The notes below the pieces were generated by a model. It saw only the letters and a program-made list of their open reading frames with translations, was not told where the DNA came from and ran no database searches. A stretch of DNA of 64,000 bases from Candidatus Bathyarchaeota archaeon (GTDB taxonomy: Archaea; Thermoproteota; Bathyarchaeia; Bathyarchaeales; Bathycorpusculaceae): positions 736,001-800,000 of the forward strand of contig CAWHXY010000004.1 of NCBI GenBank assembly GCA_963833575.1. Direction: 5' to 3'. Of the stretch, positions 1 through 9,413 are shown in pieces (position 1 is the first letter of the stretch; each line of letters starts with the position of its first letter). Position numbers and translations under genes: made by a program.

Positions 1-74
1 TTGAGTAGAAGATATTTTGTTGACTCATCTTTTTTTGTGAAAATGACTGCACCGCAAGATTTCTCTCGAAGCAT
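1..74 (-). CDS. NUDIX hydrolase (Ap4A hydrolase-like), 5' part only; runs off the window edge
   Basis: Manual translation from ATG at 74 gives MLREKSCGAVIFTKKDESTKYLLL, the typical ExSxGAV...YLLL NUDIX N-terminus. Not in the ORF track. Confidence 0.65.
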   Translation of the reverse strand, partial: MLREKSCGAVIFTKKDESTKYLLL

Positions 75-218
75 ACATTCACCTGACTGTTGCTCAAATC
101 ATTTACTTAAGGTATTTAAACTGATAGCAAGTTTAAGACTATCTGCAACTCAGTGAAACATAAAGACGATTAAAAATTTTTAAGCGCGCAAAGTTTTCAA
201 TGATTAGGAGCCATTAAA

Positions 219-641
219 GTGACAGGGTTACCAAAAAAAAATGATACATTAAAAATTATTTTAGATTCAAATTCATTGTTTGTTCCTCTCCACTTTAAAA
301 TAGATATTTTTTCAGAAGCGGAACGCTTACTAAATCGCCGGGTTAATTTTGTTTTAATTTCGCCAATTAAGCATGAACTTGAACTTCTAGCTACCAAGGA
401 ATCACCTAAAACTCGCAGGGAAGCTCTTTTTGCGATAAAGCTAGCTGAAAAATGCACATACGTTTCAGTTGACTTTGACGGAAAATTAACGACAGACGAC
501 ATCATAGTTAAGGTTGCAAAAGCTTGGAATTCGCCAGTATTTACCAACGATAGTCAACTACGAAGGAGGCTAAGAGATATAAGTGTGCCAGTGATTTATG
601 TGAGACAAAAATCTCGCCTAGAGATTGACGGATTGATATAA
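219..641 (+). CDS. PIN-domain nuclease (Fcf1/Utp24-like)
   Basis: IILDSN, TDD and VFTND..LRRRL motifs; conserved position upstream of rpo7. Confidence 0.85.
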   Translation: MTGLPKKNDTLKIILDSNSLFVPLHFKIDIFSEAERLLNRRVNFVLISPIKHELELLATKESPKTRREALFAIKLAEKCTYVSVDFDGKLTTDDIIVKVAKAWNSPVFTNDSQLRRRLRDISVPVIYVRQKSRLEIDGLI

Positions 642-643
642 CC

Positions 644-1228
644 ATGTTTAAGCTAATAACACTGCAGGACACTATCCGCATTCCACCTGAAACCTTCGGT
701 AACCCTCTGGAAAAAGTTGGACGGGAACAAGTAAAACAGAAGTACGAGGGAGTTGTAGATGAGGAGCTAGGGTACGTAATTGCAGTTACAAGCATAGAAG
801 TAAGTCCTATCGGCAAAATAATTCCAGGCGACGGAGCAACCTTCCACAAAGTAACTTTTTCATTGTTAACATTCTACCCAGTAATTCAAGAAGTAGTCGA
901 AGGAGACGTAGTAGAAATAGCGGATTTCGGCGCTTTTGTCCGAATCGGACCAGTAGACGCATTACTTCACGTTTCACAACTTATGGATGACTACATCTCT
1001 TATGATGAAAAACAAGGTGTTCTGCTTGGGAAAGAAAGTAAAAGAAAAGTAACAACAGGCGATCAAGTACGTGTTAGAATAACTGCCGTTTCGCTTGGCA
1101 GAGCTGGAAGCTCAGGAAAAATTGGGGTTACCGCTAGGCAACCATTCTTAGGTAAACTCGACTGGTTAAAGGAGACTCCTCCATCGCCAGAAAAGAAACA
1201 GGTCGAAGGCAAAGAAAAAGCGGAATAA
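644..1228 (+). CDS. rpo7: RNA polymerase subunit Rpo7 (RpoE')
   Basis: DTIRIPP, GKIIPGDG and S1 domain FGAFVRIGPVDALLHVSQ. Confidence 0.97.
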   Translation: MFKLITLQDTIRIPPETFGNPLEKVGREQVKQKYEGVVDEELGYVIAVTSIEVSPIGKIIPGDGATFHKVTFSLLTFYPVIQEVVEGDVVEIADFGAFVRIGPVDALLHVSQLMDDYISYDEKQGVLLGKESKRKVTTGDQVRVRITAVSLGRAGSSGKIGVTARQPFLGKLDWLKETPPSPEKKQVEGKEKAE

Positions 1229-1242
1229 AGGAGTGAAATTGA

Positions 1243-1428
1243 ATGAGTGAAAAAGCCTGCGCTAACTGCCATTTCATAACAAAAGAAAACGTTTGTGGTA
1301 AATGCAAATCCTCAAATTTCAGTGAAGATTTCAGCGGCTTGTTGGTAATGTTTGACCCGGACAACTCAGCAATCGCAAAAGCCATGAACATAAAAGAAAA
1401 AGGCAGATACGCACTCAAAGTCCGCTAA
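1243..1428 (+). CDS. spt4: Transcription elongation factor Spt4 (RpoE'')
   Basis: ACxxC...CxxC zinc ribbon and GRYALKVR end; follows rpo7. Confidence 0.96.
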   Translation: MSEKACANCHFITKENVCGKCKSSNFSEDFSGLLVMFDPDNSAIAKAMNIKEKGRYALKVR

Positions 1429-1480
1429 GTTTTTCAAACATACAGGGTAATTTCGACCATAAATACTTGGGTCCCAAAGG

Positions 1481-2023
1481 TTGAAAGTCATGACTGTAGC
1501 GTATACTTTAACGCCAAAACTGCGCACTAAATTCAAAGAACCCTTCGGCATCTTGATCGAAGGTTCATTCAATGAAACCATGACTAAAATGAAAGAGTTA
1601 GTAGAAAAGGAAAAACCACTCAAGATAATCTCGGTCGGAGACATAGTATCTCATAATTTACATGAATACAACATTAACCCCCAACTGACAATTATTGACA
1701 ATAAGTTTCTGAGAACTCAAAGCATACCTAGAACAGCCTCCGTGGAAAAAACAGTTAACGTAAATAATCCCAAAGGAACAATCACCGAGGAAGCGATTCT
1801 AGCGATTAAGGAAGCCTTAGAAAAAAGACAGCATACCCACATCGTTGTTGAAGGCGAAGAAGATCTACTTACCCTCATCGCAGTAACATATGCTCCCGAA
1901 AACGCTTATGTTGTTTATGGACAACCACATGCAGGCATTGTCATAGTCAAAGTCACCACCGAAAAGAAGCTTCAAGCTCAAGAATTCTTAAATGCCATGA
2001 AACCCTTTAGAAAAGCTAAATAA
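1481..2023 (+). CDS. GTP-dependent dephospho-CoA kinase (DUF359); start may be ATG at 1490
   Basis: VGD, GEEDLL and YGQP motifs; conserved synteny after spt4. Confidence 0.9.
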   Translation: MKVMTVAYTLTPKLRTKFKEPFGILIEGSFNETMTKMKELVEKEKPLKIISVGDIVSHNLHEYNINPQLTIIDNKFLRTQSIPRTASVEKTVNVNNPKGTITEEAILAIKEALEKRQHTHIVVEGEEDLLTLIAVTYAPENAYVVYGQPHAGIVIVKVTTEKKLQAQEFLNAMKPFRKAK

Positions 2024-2062
2024 GAAGAAAACTGTATGAATTTACGCCTTAAGTGAATATTA

Positions 2063-2374
2063 ATGCAAATCAAAATTGAATCAACCAAAGATAACCCGCT
2101 TCTGAAACGGAAAGAAGTAGTCTTTACTATTATTCAAGGTCCAAAAGAGAAAACACCTCCAAGGCTTGAAGTAAAAAGAGCCGTAGCCATTGAAATGAAA
2201 ATCGGTGATGATGTAGTTTTTATTAAGAGGATGCACACAAAAACGGGAACGAGCATCACAACAGGAGATGCAAACGTTTACCAAAATGTTGCTCAATCTC
2301 AAATTGTGGAACCTGAATATATTAGAAAACGTAACAGTCCTCCTGAAAAACCTAAAGAAGAGGCTAAAGCATAA
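2063..2374 (+). CDS. rps24e: 30S ribosomal protein S24e
   Basis: NPLLKRKE, TPPR and EPEYI motifs; synteny. Confidence 0.95.
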   Translation: MQIKIESTKDNPLLKRKEVVFTIIQGPKEKTPPRLEVKRAVAIEMKIGDDVVFIKRMHTKTGTSITTGDANVYQNVAQSQIVEPEYIRKRNSPPEKPKEEAKA

Positions 2375-2649
2375 TGTCCAAGAAAGCACCAGTAAAGAAA
2401 GAAGAAACGCCTCCAACTGCAGCAGCACCCGCAGCGACAGAAGCAGCAAAACCTCAAAAAGCTGAGAAAAAAAGAGAGAAGAAGCATAAAGAGGAGAAGG
2501 GAGTTCACGCAATGTACAAAGTGGAAGGAGATAAATGTAATCGAGCTCATCCAACCTGCGAGCGGTGTGGCCCCGGATACTTCATGGCAGATCACCATGA
2601 CAGGTACACTTGCGGACATTGTGGCTTTACGCGTTACAAGCAGAAATAA
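2374..2649 (+). CDS. rps27ae: 30S ribosomal protein S27ae with Lys/Ala/Glu-rich N-terminal extension
   Basis: CERCGPGYFMADHHDRYTCGHCG zinc ribbon. Confidence 0.95.
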   Translation: MSKKAPVKKEETPPTAAAPAATEAAKPQKAEKKREKKHKEEKGVHAMYKVEGDKCNRAHPTCERCGPGYFMADHHDRYTCGHCGFTRYKQK

Positions 2650-2695
2650 GCAGTCTTAAATTCGCCATAGCACGATTAGGTTCTGATGACCGGTA

Positions 2696-3124
2696 ATGCT
2701 TAGAGTTAACGTGGTTATTACCAGCATTTCTGCTGAACGATTTTGGGATATAAGAAAACCGATCCCGCCAATTCAAATAAATACTAACATTAATGTTGTT
2801 GGGATGGAAAAAAGTCAAGATGGATCTTTAGAAGTGCCATTTGTTTTATCAATTGGTTTCAATCCGTCTATTGCCCAGATGAACATTAAAGGAAATGCTT
2901 TTGTCACTGGCGAAAAAAACGAGATTGAAAAGACTCTTAAAGATTATGAGCAAAAAAAGCCGCCGCCGCAAATAATAATTCAGTCAGTATCCAATGTTGT
3001 CTTTATTGAATCTGTGCTTATCTCAAGAATACTGAATCTTCCACCTCCAATTCCTCTACCTCAGATTCCTGAAACTGGAAAACCCCCAAGCTCTAAGCCC
3101 GAAGGCAGAGACTACAGCGCATAA
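2696..3124 (+). CDS. Conserved archaeal hypothetical protein (possibly SecB-like fold)
   Basis: 142-aa ORF with an LNLPPPIPLP C-terminal motif seen in archaeal hypotheticals. Confidence 0.65.
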   Translation: MLRVNVVITSISAERFWDIRKPIPPIQINTNINVVGMEKSQDGSLEVPFVLSIGFNPSIAQMNIKGNAFVTGEKNEIEKTLKDYEQKKPPPQIIIQSVSNVVFIESVLISRILNLPPPIPLPQIPETGKPPSSKPEGRDYSA

Positions 3125-3132
3125 CATGCTGT

Positions 3133-4632
3133 TTACAAGAACCCTTTAAATTTCCTAGCAATTGCATCCACAATTCTTAGTTCAATTGGAAATGAAAAGT
3201 TTCTGTGTTTCCACCTGTATTTTGCCATGCGGTTCATTATAGTGTAGGCAAACTTGTATGCTAAGTCACGTTCGTTTATTCTTGCCTCAGGATAAAATGC
3301 GAGCCGTGTAACGGCTGAAATCGTGTGTAGTTTTTCCATTTGAGCCTTGCTGTGCCAAGGTGGGTCAAAATGAAAAACATGAATGCTTCCCCATTCTTCA
3401 AGGGACCTTGGAGCTTTAAATTGGTCAGGCAAAAAAGCCATGACGGGACTTGGAAACGGCGTGTAAACGAATATGCCATAATGCTGCGTTTTAGGGTTCA
3501 CTTCAGACATTTTATCCATTAAATCAAAAGTTTGATCCAAATCTTGGTCTGTTTCGCCTGGAAGACCACTCATCCATGAAACATAAGGCTCAATAGAGGG
3601 CGCCCAACTTCGAAGATTCTTAACCGATTGCAAAATCTGCTCCGCTGTGACATCTTTGCAAATGAACTGCTGTATACGTTCAGAGCCTGATTCCCCTCCA
3701 AAATCCAGTTCAACACACCCAGACTTTTCTAGAAGCTCAAGAAAATCTTTTTCATAAGTTGATAGGTAATCGAATCTGCAGTTTGCTCGCCATTGAATAT
3801 GGAGCTTGCGATCTAAAAGTCCATGGCATATTTCTTCAACACGTTTTTTATCAACAAAAACGTTGTCGTCAATTGGATCAATTATTTTGACATGTGGAAA
3901 CTTTTTTAGTATGTACTCGACTTCGTCAAGCACTCGGTTGGCGCTTTTGCCTCTCCATTTATTTTTGTTAAAATAGCTGTTGTAGCAGAACCCGCATCTG
4001 TGAGGGCAGCCTCGGCTAGTTTGAATATGAAAACGGCCTGATTTCTCTGAAGGATACCTATCCATTTTAAGCAGGTCGTATGGCAAAGCGATTGGTGCAG
4101 AATCTAAATCTAACACTTTGCCGTCTGGGTTATTTTTGATTAATCCGTTACAGTAATAAGTTATTCCTGAAACGTCATCGAGCGGTTCATTTAATGCAAG
4201 AGCATTCGCTAAGTCTTTGATGATTAATTCGCCCTCGCCCCGAACGACAATGTCCACAAAATCGTTACTTGCCGTTTGTTCAGGCAGCAATGTCGGGTGA
4301 ACACCCCCCCAGACGATGGAGGAAGAGGGAGCCATAACTCTTACATAATGAGCGAATTCCAAGGCATACTTAATTTGTAAACCGCTCATGCAGCTAATAC
4401 CTACAAAAACAGGATTTCCTATCTCAAAATGACGGTAATCTTCAAGCCTCATGTCAAGAATACGAACAGCAAAACCCTCTTCTTGGAGTGAAGCAGCTAA
4501 ATACAAAAGAGAAAGGGGAACCTGTGGATCAGGGGCTTTGAATTTTCCAGGAAAAACAAGTAAAACATCTTTCCGATTGTTGCCCGAATAAATGTTGCAA
4601 TAATGAGATAAACATGTTTGAGGACTAAACAA
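3133..4632 (-). CDS. B12-binding domain radical SAM protein
   Basis: PLSLLYLAA, GGVHPT, GEGE and TSRGCPHRCGFC (CxxxCxxC). Confidence 0.92.
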   Translation of the reverse strand: MFSPQTCLSHYCNIYSGNNRKDVLLVFPGKFKAPDPQVPLSLLYLAASLQEEGFAVRILDMRLEDYRHFEIGNPVFVGISCMSGLQIKYALEFAHYVRVMAPSSSIVWGGVHPTLLPEQTASNDFVDIVVRGEGELIIKDLANALALNEPLDDVSGITYYCNGLIKNNPDGKVLDLDSAPIALPYDLLKMDRYPSEKSGRFHIQTSRGCPHRCGFCYNSYFNKNKWRGKSANRVLDEVEYILKKFPHVKIIDPIDDNVFVDKKRVEEICHGLLDRKLHIQWRANCRFDYLSTYEKDFLELLEKSGCVELDFGGESGSERIQQFICKDVTAEQILQSVKNLRSWAPSIEPYVSWMSGLPGETDQDLDQTFDLMDKMSEVNPKTQHYGIFVYTPFPSPVMAFLPDQFKAPRSLEEWGSIHVFHFDPPWHSKAQMEKLHTISAVTRLAFYPEARINERDLAYKFAYTIMNRMAKYRWKHRNFSFPIELRIVDAIARKFKGFL

Positions 4633-4776
4633 TCCTGAAAAACCTCAATAAATGACTAGTTATTAAAGGCTTTTAATCTTTCCTAATTGTGAGCAACTTT
4701 AGCGCAACATAATGTGCGCTCAGATTTGTGGATACCGAAGCATCAACAAAAACAAAGTAAAATTGGGAAAACAGGT

Positions 4777-5181
4777 CTATTTTAGCGGCACGTACATTGA
4801 TGAACGTGAGGCGCCGATACCTGGAGTTCCATGTCTAACAGGCTTATTAGTTATCGCGAATTCGCCAAGGTAGTGTCCGATCATTTCTGGTTTTATTTCC
4901 ATAGCAACGAATTCTTTGCCGTTATGCACTTGAATTTTTATGCCAACCATTTCAGGAAGGATAATTAGGTCTCGGACATGAGTTTTTATGCTGGCTTCTT
5001 TGCCTTGTTTTTGGGCTTCTTTAGCTTCTCGCAACTTTTCTAGAAGTATGCGTTGTTCAGGAGTTAATCCTCGCTGTAGACTTCTTCTTTGGCGTGACGG
5101 AAGCAGATTTATGAATTCGTCCATAGACATTCCTGTCAAACTGACTAAGCTGTGTCCGCGGTAACTAAATTCTTTGGGCAT
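4777..5181 (-). CDS. rps19p: 30S ribosomal protein S19
   Basis: KTHVRD, HNGK and MIGHYLGEF. Confidence 0.98.
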   Translation of the reverse strand: MPKEFSYRGHSLVSLTGMSMDEFINLLPSRQRRSLQRGLTPEQRILLEKLREAKEAQKQGKEASIKTHVRDLIILPEMVGIKIQVHNGKEFVAMEIKPEMIGHYLGEFAITNKPVRHGTPGIGASRSSMYVPLK

Positions 5182-5234
5182 TTTTCATCTTCACCTTAAA
5201 CTTATTTTAAACACTATAAACCTTCTGCCAATTC

Positions 5235-5975
5235 TTAGCGGATTGCTCGCTTCTTCTTTTGTCCTGGACCTCTTGCTGCGATTAGACCAACTTTCTGTCC
5301 CGGTGGTGCACCATGCGATGTTGTTGTGCATCTGCGTGAGCTTCGTTTGCTGCTACCGTATGGGTGGACTGCTGGAACCATTTTGCGTCCGCTTGTTCTT
5401 GGATATTTGTGACCTTTAGCTTTCATTAAGTGGAATTTTTCGCCTGCTTTAAGGAAAGGCTTATCAATTCTTCCAGCAGCGGAAACTACGCCTACAGTTG
5501 CCAAGCAATAGTCATTGACATATCTTGTTCTTCCTGATGGTAAGCGAATCATCGTACCTTGCGGAGTGTGACCGACAACAGTTGCGTAAGCGCCTGAAGA
5601 CTTTGCCATTTTGCCTCCATCGCCTGGGTTGAGTTCTAAATCACAAACTAGCGTTCCCTCAGGTACTTTTCCTAATGGAATAATGTTGCCTATTTCGGCT
5701 GGAGCCTTTCCGCCGTAGCATATTTGTTGACCGGTGAAAACGCCTTCGGGGGTAACTGTGTAACAGGTTAAGCCATTTTCAAATTTAACCAGTGCTAGTG
5801 GCGAACCGCTTCCAGGATTATGCATGAGGGCTTCGATCTTACCTAATAATGAGGCGTCAAAAGATATTTTGGGCGCCATAATTGGGTATTTTGCTGGAGC
5901 TACACGTTTGTGAGTGGAAGCGCGCCAGTTTTGGCCACCTCGACCACGTCTTTGAACTCGAATTCGTTTTCCCAT
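5235..5975 (-). CDS. rpl2p: 50S ribosomal protein L2
   Basis: MGKRIRVQRRGRG, RLPSG and PPGQKVGLIAAR. Confidence 0.98.
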   Translation of the reverse strand: MGKRIRVQRRGRGGQNWRASTHKRVAPAKYPIMAPKISFDASLLGKIEALMHNPGSGSPLALVKFENGLTCYTVTPEGVFTGQQICYGGKAPAEIGNIIPLGKVPEGTLVCDLELNPGDGGKMAKSSGAYATVVGHTPQGTMIRLPSGRTRYVNDYCLATVGVVSAAGRIDKPFLKAGEKFHLMKAKGHKYPRTSGRKMVPAVHPYGSSKRSSRRCTTTSHGAPPGQKVGLIAARGPGQKKKRAIR

Positions 5976-5996
5976 AAGTCATGCCTTCTAAATATT

Positions 5997-6257
5997 TTAC
6001 AGTATTCCAAGTTTAATTGCGACATCTGAAGCTCTGAATTCTGGCTTTAGCTTCACAAAAGCTTTTTTTACGCCTTGAGGGGTAACAAGAAGGTTCACTC
6101 TGCTTACTTTGACTTCGTAGAGTTCCTCAACGGCTTTTTTGATGTCACTTTTTCCTGCTTTTAAGTTAACAATGAATATGAGTTTGTTGTCTCGTTCAAC
6201 CATTAAACTGGCAGATTCAGTCATTAATGGGTAAGAAATTACTTCGTTGGAGTCCAT
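5997..6257 (-). CDS. rpl23p: 50S ribosomal protein L23
   Basis: PLMTE, NKLIFIV and KKAFVKL. Confidence 0.97.
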   Translation of the reverse strand: MDSNEVISYPLMTESASLMVERDNKLIFIVNLKAGKSDIKKAVEELYEVKVSRVNLLVTPQGVKKAFVKLKPEFRASDVAIKLGIL

Positions 6258-7051
6258 TATGCTTTTTCTCCTTTGTTGTACATTTTATTCAGGGTTTCAA
6301 TAGCGCTATTGGTCCATAATGTCAATCTACCCGGATGAGTCCCTGGGGCTAACATTTCAGTATTAAGATTGGCAACTGTGGTAACTTGTACGCCTGGAAT
6401 GTTACTTGCGGCGTTGGCTAAGTCTTTGCTATCAACCACAACAATTAGGGGTCCAACGGCTTGCTTCATTTTTCTGCCTCTGCGCTTGCCTTTGCCTGCT
6501 CGGACTTTCCGACTGTTTCGCACTCGAGTAATATCGGCCATGACTCCTAAACTTGTAAGGGTTTCTTCAACCTCTTTAACCCTTGTTAATCCTTCAATAG
6601 CATCCTCAACTATCAAGGGTATTTGTAGAGCATCATTAATTTTGTGACCGCGTGAAGCGACTGTGTCTTTTTGTGCAGTCGCCGCAATCGCTGAGAATAA
6701 TGCTAATTTTGCTTCTTTCTTTGGGATGTTCTTTACGATTTTCTTTTCGGCTCGTGGCGGGTGAGGTTGTCTTCCTTTAACTGTGCTTGGTGCAAAAGCT
6801 GCTCTTCCACTGCCGCCTTTTATACGGGGAACTCTTGCGGTTGCGCTACCTGTTCCGCGTGATTCTGCGGTTGTTCTTTTTCCAGCCATAGGGTCTCTGC
6901 CTTGTGGTTGTATCCTGTTGGATTGTATTGCGAGTACCGCGCGTTTTATCACGTCTGGTCTTAGCGGTGTTGAGAAAATGTTTGGAAGCTTGGTTTTTCC
7001 AGCTGATTTTCCTTGTAAATCAAAGATTTCAACGTTGTTTTGTTCGGGCAT
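6257..7051 (-). CDS. rpl4p: 50S ribosomal protein L4
   Basis: RPDVIKRAV, RAGKGKRRGR and LAPGTHPGRLTLWT. Confidence 0.98.
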   Translation of the reverse strand: MPEQNNVEIFDLQGKSAGKTKLPNIFSTPLRPDVIKRAVLAIQSNRIQPQGRDPMAGKRTTAESRGTGSATARVPRIKGGSGRAAFAPSTVKGRQPHPPRAEKKIVKNIPKKEAKLALFSAIAATAQKDTVASRGHKINDALQIPLIVEDAIEGLTRVKEVEETLTSLGVMADITRVRNSRKVRAGKGKRRGRKMKQAVGPLIVVVDSKDLANAASNIPGVQVTTVANLNTEMLAPGTHPGRLTLWTNSAIETLNKMYNKGEKA

Positions 7052-7062
7052 AGCTTTTCAAC

Positions 7063-8076
7063 CTATTTTCCTTGTGGAGACTCCAGAGATACATAAGTAA
7101 CTTGTGGTGCTGCCTCTGGGACTTCTGTGGGTGGACGTGCTGGAACACGCAAGCGGATTTGGCGTTTTTCTGTTCCCGGAATACTTCCTTCCATTAGTAT
7201 GTATGGTCCTTTTACTTCGCCATAGCGTATGTATCCGCCTTTGACGGTTACTTCTTTGCCGTCTTTGCCGATTTTTAATATGCGTTTATTGAATTCTATT
7301 CGTTGGTGATAACCCATTTGTCCTGCTCTTGGAATTGAGTACATAAGGTGGTGCGGATTCCATGGTCCCAAGGTGGCGATGCCACGTTTTGTTTTTCTTC
7401 CCTTATGCTGCAGGCAGGTTACTCCCCAACGTTTTACTGGTCCCTGCCAACCTTTTCCAACTGTAATTCCAGCAATGTCAACGTATTGACCATCTTTGAA
7501 TACTTCTTCGGGCGCTACAGTTTTGCCTAAAAGTTGTTTTCCGTATTCAAATTGTTGCTGAATTGTGCCTCCGCCAATTTGTATTTCGCAAACTTCGGGT
7601 TTTTTCTTTGAGAGGCTGGTTTGAGATGGTTGTGTTGCTGTAATTATTCGGATTATTGATGTTTGGTCTAGGTTTTGCTGGATTTTTTCAAGCATTGCTT
7701 CAGTATTAAAGTTTTCTGGAAGAACCAACAGTCGGTCTAAGATTGCTGGGGGGTCTTTCATCCAGGCTTCTCCTATGTTTTGGAGCCCATATGGTGTTTT
7801 TGTGTAAGTTCGAATGCCACATGCAAGAATTGGTGGCGTTTCTAGTATGGTTGCAGCTCGCACAACTTCTTTACCAAAGTTAGGTGAACGTTTACGATCT
7901 TCGATGGTAAAAACGTACGTCATGCCTGCTTTGTAAGCTGTAAAGCCTAAAAGACGAGGAGAATCAGATTTGATTTTTGGCCAATATCGGATTCGTGCAG
8001 TTGGTTTCTTGGCACGTTTCCTAGGTAAATATGCAAGTGAACCATGTTTAGGAGCGTGAGTTTTACGATGTCCCAT
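7063..8076 (-). CDS. rpl3p: 50S ribosomal protein L3
   Basis: GSLAYLPRKRA, YKAGMT, GKGWQGPVKRWG and AGQMGYHQR. Confidence 0.98.
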   Translation of the reverse strand: MGHRKTHAPKHGSLAYLPRKRAKKPTARIRYWPKIKSDSPRLLGFTAYKAGMTYVFTIEDRKRSPNFGKEVVRAATILETPPILACGIRTYTKTPYGLQNIGEAWMKDPPAILDRLLVLPENFNTEAMLEKIQQNLDQTSIIRIITATQPSQTSLSKKKPEVCEIQIGGGTIQQQFEYGKQLLGKTVAPEEVFKDGQYVDIAGITVGKGWQGPVKRWGVTCLQHKGRKTKRGIATLGPWNPHHLMYSIPRAGQMGYHQRIEFNKRILKIGKDGKEVTVKGGYIRYGEVKGPYILMEGSIPGTEKRQIRLRVPARPPTEVPEAAPQVTYVSLESPQGK

Positions 8077-8362
8077 AGTACTTCCGCTTCGCGCCTTCAG
8101 CTAATAGTAAATTAAGTTATAAACGTTACCATTTAAAATGAGAAAGCAAAAAACATTCTATTGTTTACCTAAAATTTTAAGCTGTTTCTAATCAATTAAA
8201 ACATCGTTTATTTTTTAGTTGAGGTTTAACTTAGATCTCGGGTTGCAAGTATAAAATGGCAATAAATACTATGTATTTTCTCACACAGCCCAATCTTTTG
8301 GTTTATGATACCGGCAAAGCGATAATGCGTTTATCAAAGTTTTTGGATTGGGGGTTATTGTT

Positions 8363-8505
8363 TGAAAGAACAACAACAGTTTGTGGTAGCACCGGGTGTT
8401 GTTCTTTTCGTGAAAGAAGAAGGAGGACAATCGCAGAGTGCACCGTCCTCCTTCTTCTAAACTGTGAAAGAAGAAGAAACTGTGTGGGTGCACACTTCTT
8501 CTTCT
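8363..8505. repeat. Three tandem related hairpins (candidate structured ncRNA)
   Basis: Each unit starts TGAAAG, then a purine-rich arm, a loop containing GCAC and a complementary pyrimidine arm (8363-8408, 8411-8458, 8465-8505). Confidence 0.7.
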
Positions 8506-8700
8506 ACCTGTTTGGAGTTAACTGATTAGCTTTTGAGTGTTGAGGGTTTGTTTAAAACTTTGCCGACTCTGCAAAGAAGATTTTGATATTCCTTGGCTCA
8601 AAAAAGAAATAGATGGCTCTACAAGATAATTAGTGGTTTACAGAATAAATTCAGCCTGTTGGAAACATTTTTACATCGCAGACGCAATCGTTGTATCTAA

Positions 8701-8822
8701 GCCGGGGTGGCGGAGTGGTTATCGCGCCAGCCTCGAGATCTAACAAAAGAGGGCTAAGCCAAAAGGCAAGTTAGCTGGTGGGCTTCGCGCCCGCAGGGGT
8801 TCGAATCCCTTCCCCGGCGCCA
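8701..8822 (+). tRNA. tRNA-Ser(CGA) with a 35-nt intron at 37/38 (8738-8772) and encoded CCA
   Basis: GCCGGGG/CCCCGGC acceptor stem, CCAGC/GCTGG anticodon stem, CGA at 8734-8736, long variable arm, GGTTCGAATCC T-loop, BHB-like splice motif. Confidence 0.95.
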
Positions 8823-9038
8823 ATTATAGAAATAGCCATCAAATGCAAACGCGCTTAAGCGTTGGTGTTGACTGGCGTTAATTCGTTTTTAATAAGAAAA
8901 CAATCAGGTGAATAAACATTCTTTTGATTCAAGTAAGTAATTACCTATTTTGCAAGTTTTCTTTCATTGCGGTTATTCTTGCATGTATTGACAGCCTTAA
9001 CTTGCTATTTTTTCATACAAATTCGTTTTGTAAAATAA

Positions 9039-9163
9039 GGGTTTGCTGAGGCTCCGGAAAAAATCTTTTCTTTTAGGAGAAAAAGAAAAAATGCAAATTT
9101 CTTTTTTCACGATCCTATGTCACGCATCGTGAATTTTAACCCGAGCCCACTCAGCCCCAATTT
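9039..9163. repeat. Conserved structured element, copy 1 (orphan)
   Basis: Differs at only 2 positions from 24069-24193; outer stem GCTGAGGCTC/GAGCCCACTCAGC with two inner hairpins. Confidence 0.92.
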
Positions 9164-9413
9164 ACTACTAAAATAGTTAGAAACTAAAAGGGGAAATGAG
9201 TTTTTTTCAGCATTCTAATGGTCGTTACTGTAGCAAATTTCATGGTATTCTTTCCCCTTTTTCTCTTTTGCAAGGTTAGCGATATCTCTTTATAAGATTT
9301 TGCAAAGACTTGCCCTATTTAGCTATTTCATTAATCAGATAAAGCAAAACAATTAAAATAAGAGCAATTTATCACGGATCATTTTATTAACTCAAAAGTG
9401 TAAGCTTCTGGGT

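Noticed and set aside
4777-8076. Ribosomal operon ending at rps19 without rpl22
   Set aside because: Fragmentation of this operon is common in archaea and not informative.
8363-8505. Mini-CRISPR interpretation (TGAAAG resembles archaeal repeat ends)
   Set aside because: Units are not identical repeats with unique spacers, and no cas genes are in the window.
8256-8525. ORFs 8256-8525 (+) and 8281-8493 (-)
   Set aside because: Their low-complexity translations (RRRR, FFFF) are by-products of the hairpin arms; no family motif.
9039-9163. Element as an integron attC site or classical MITE
   Set aside because: No convincing RYYYAAC/GTTRRRY ends, target-site duplication, integrase or transposase seen. 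Not fully excluded.
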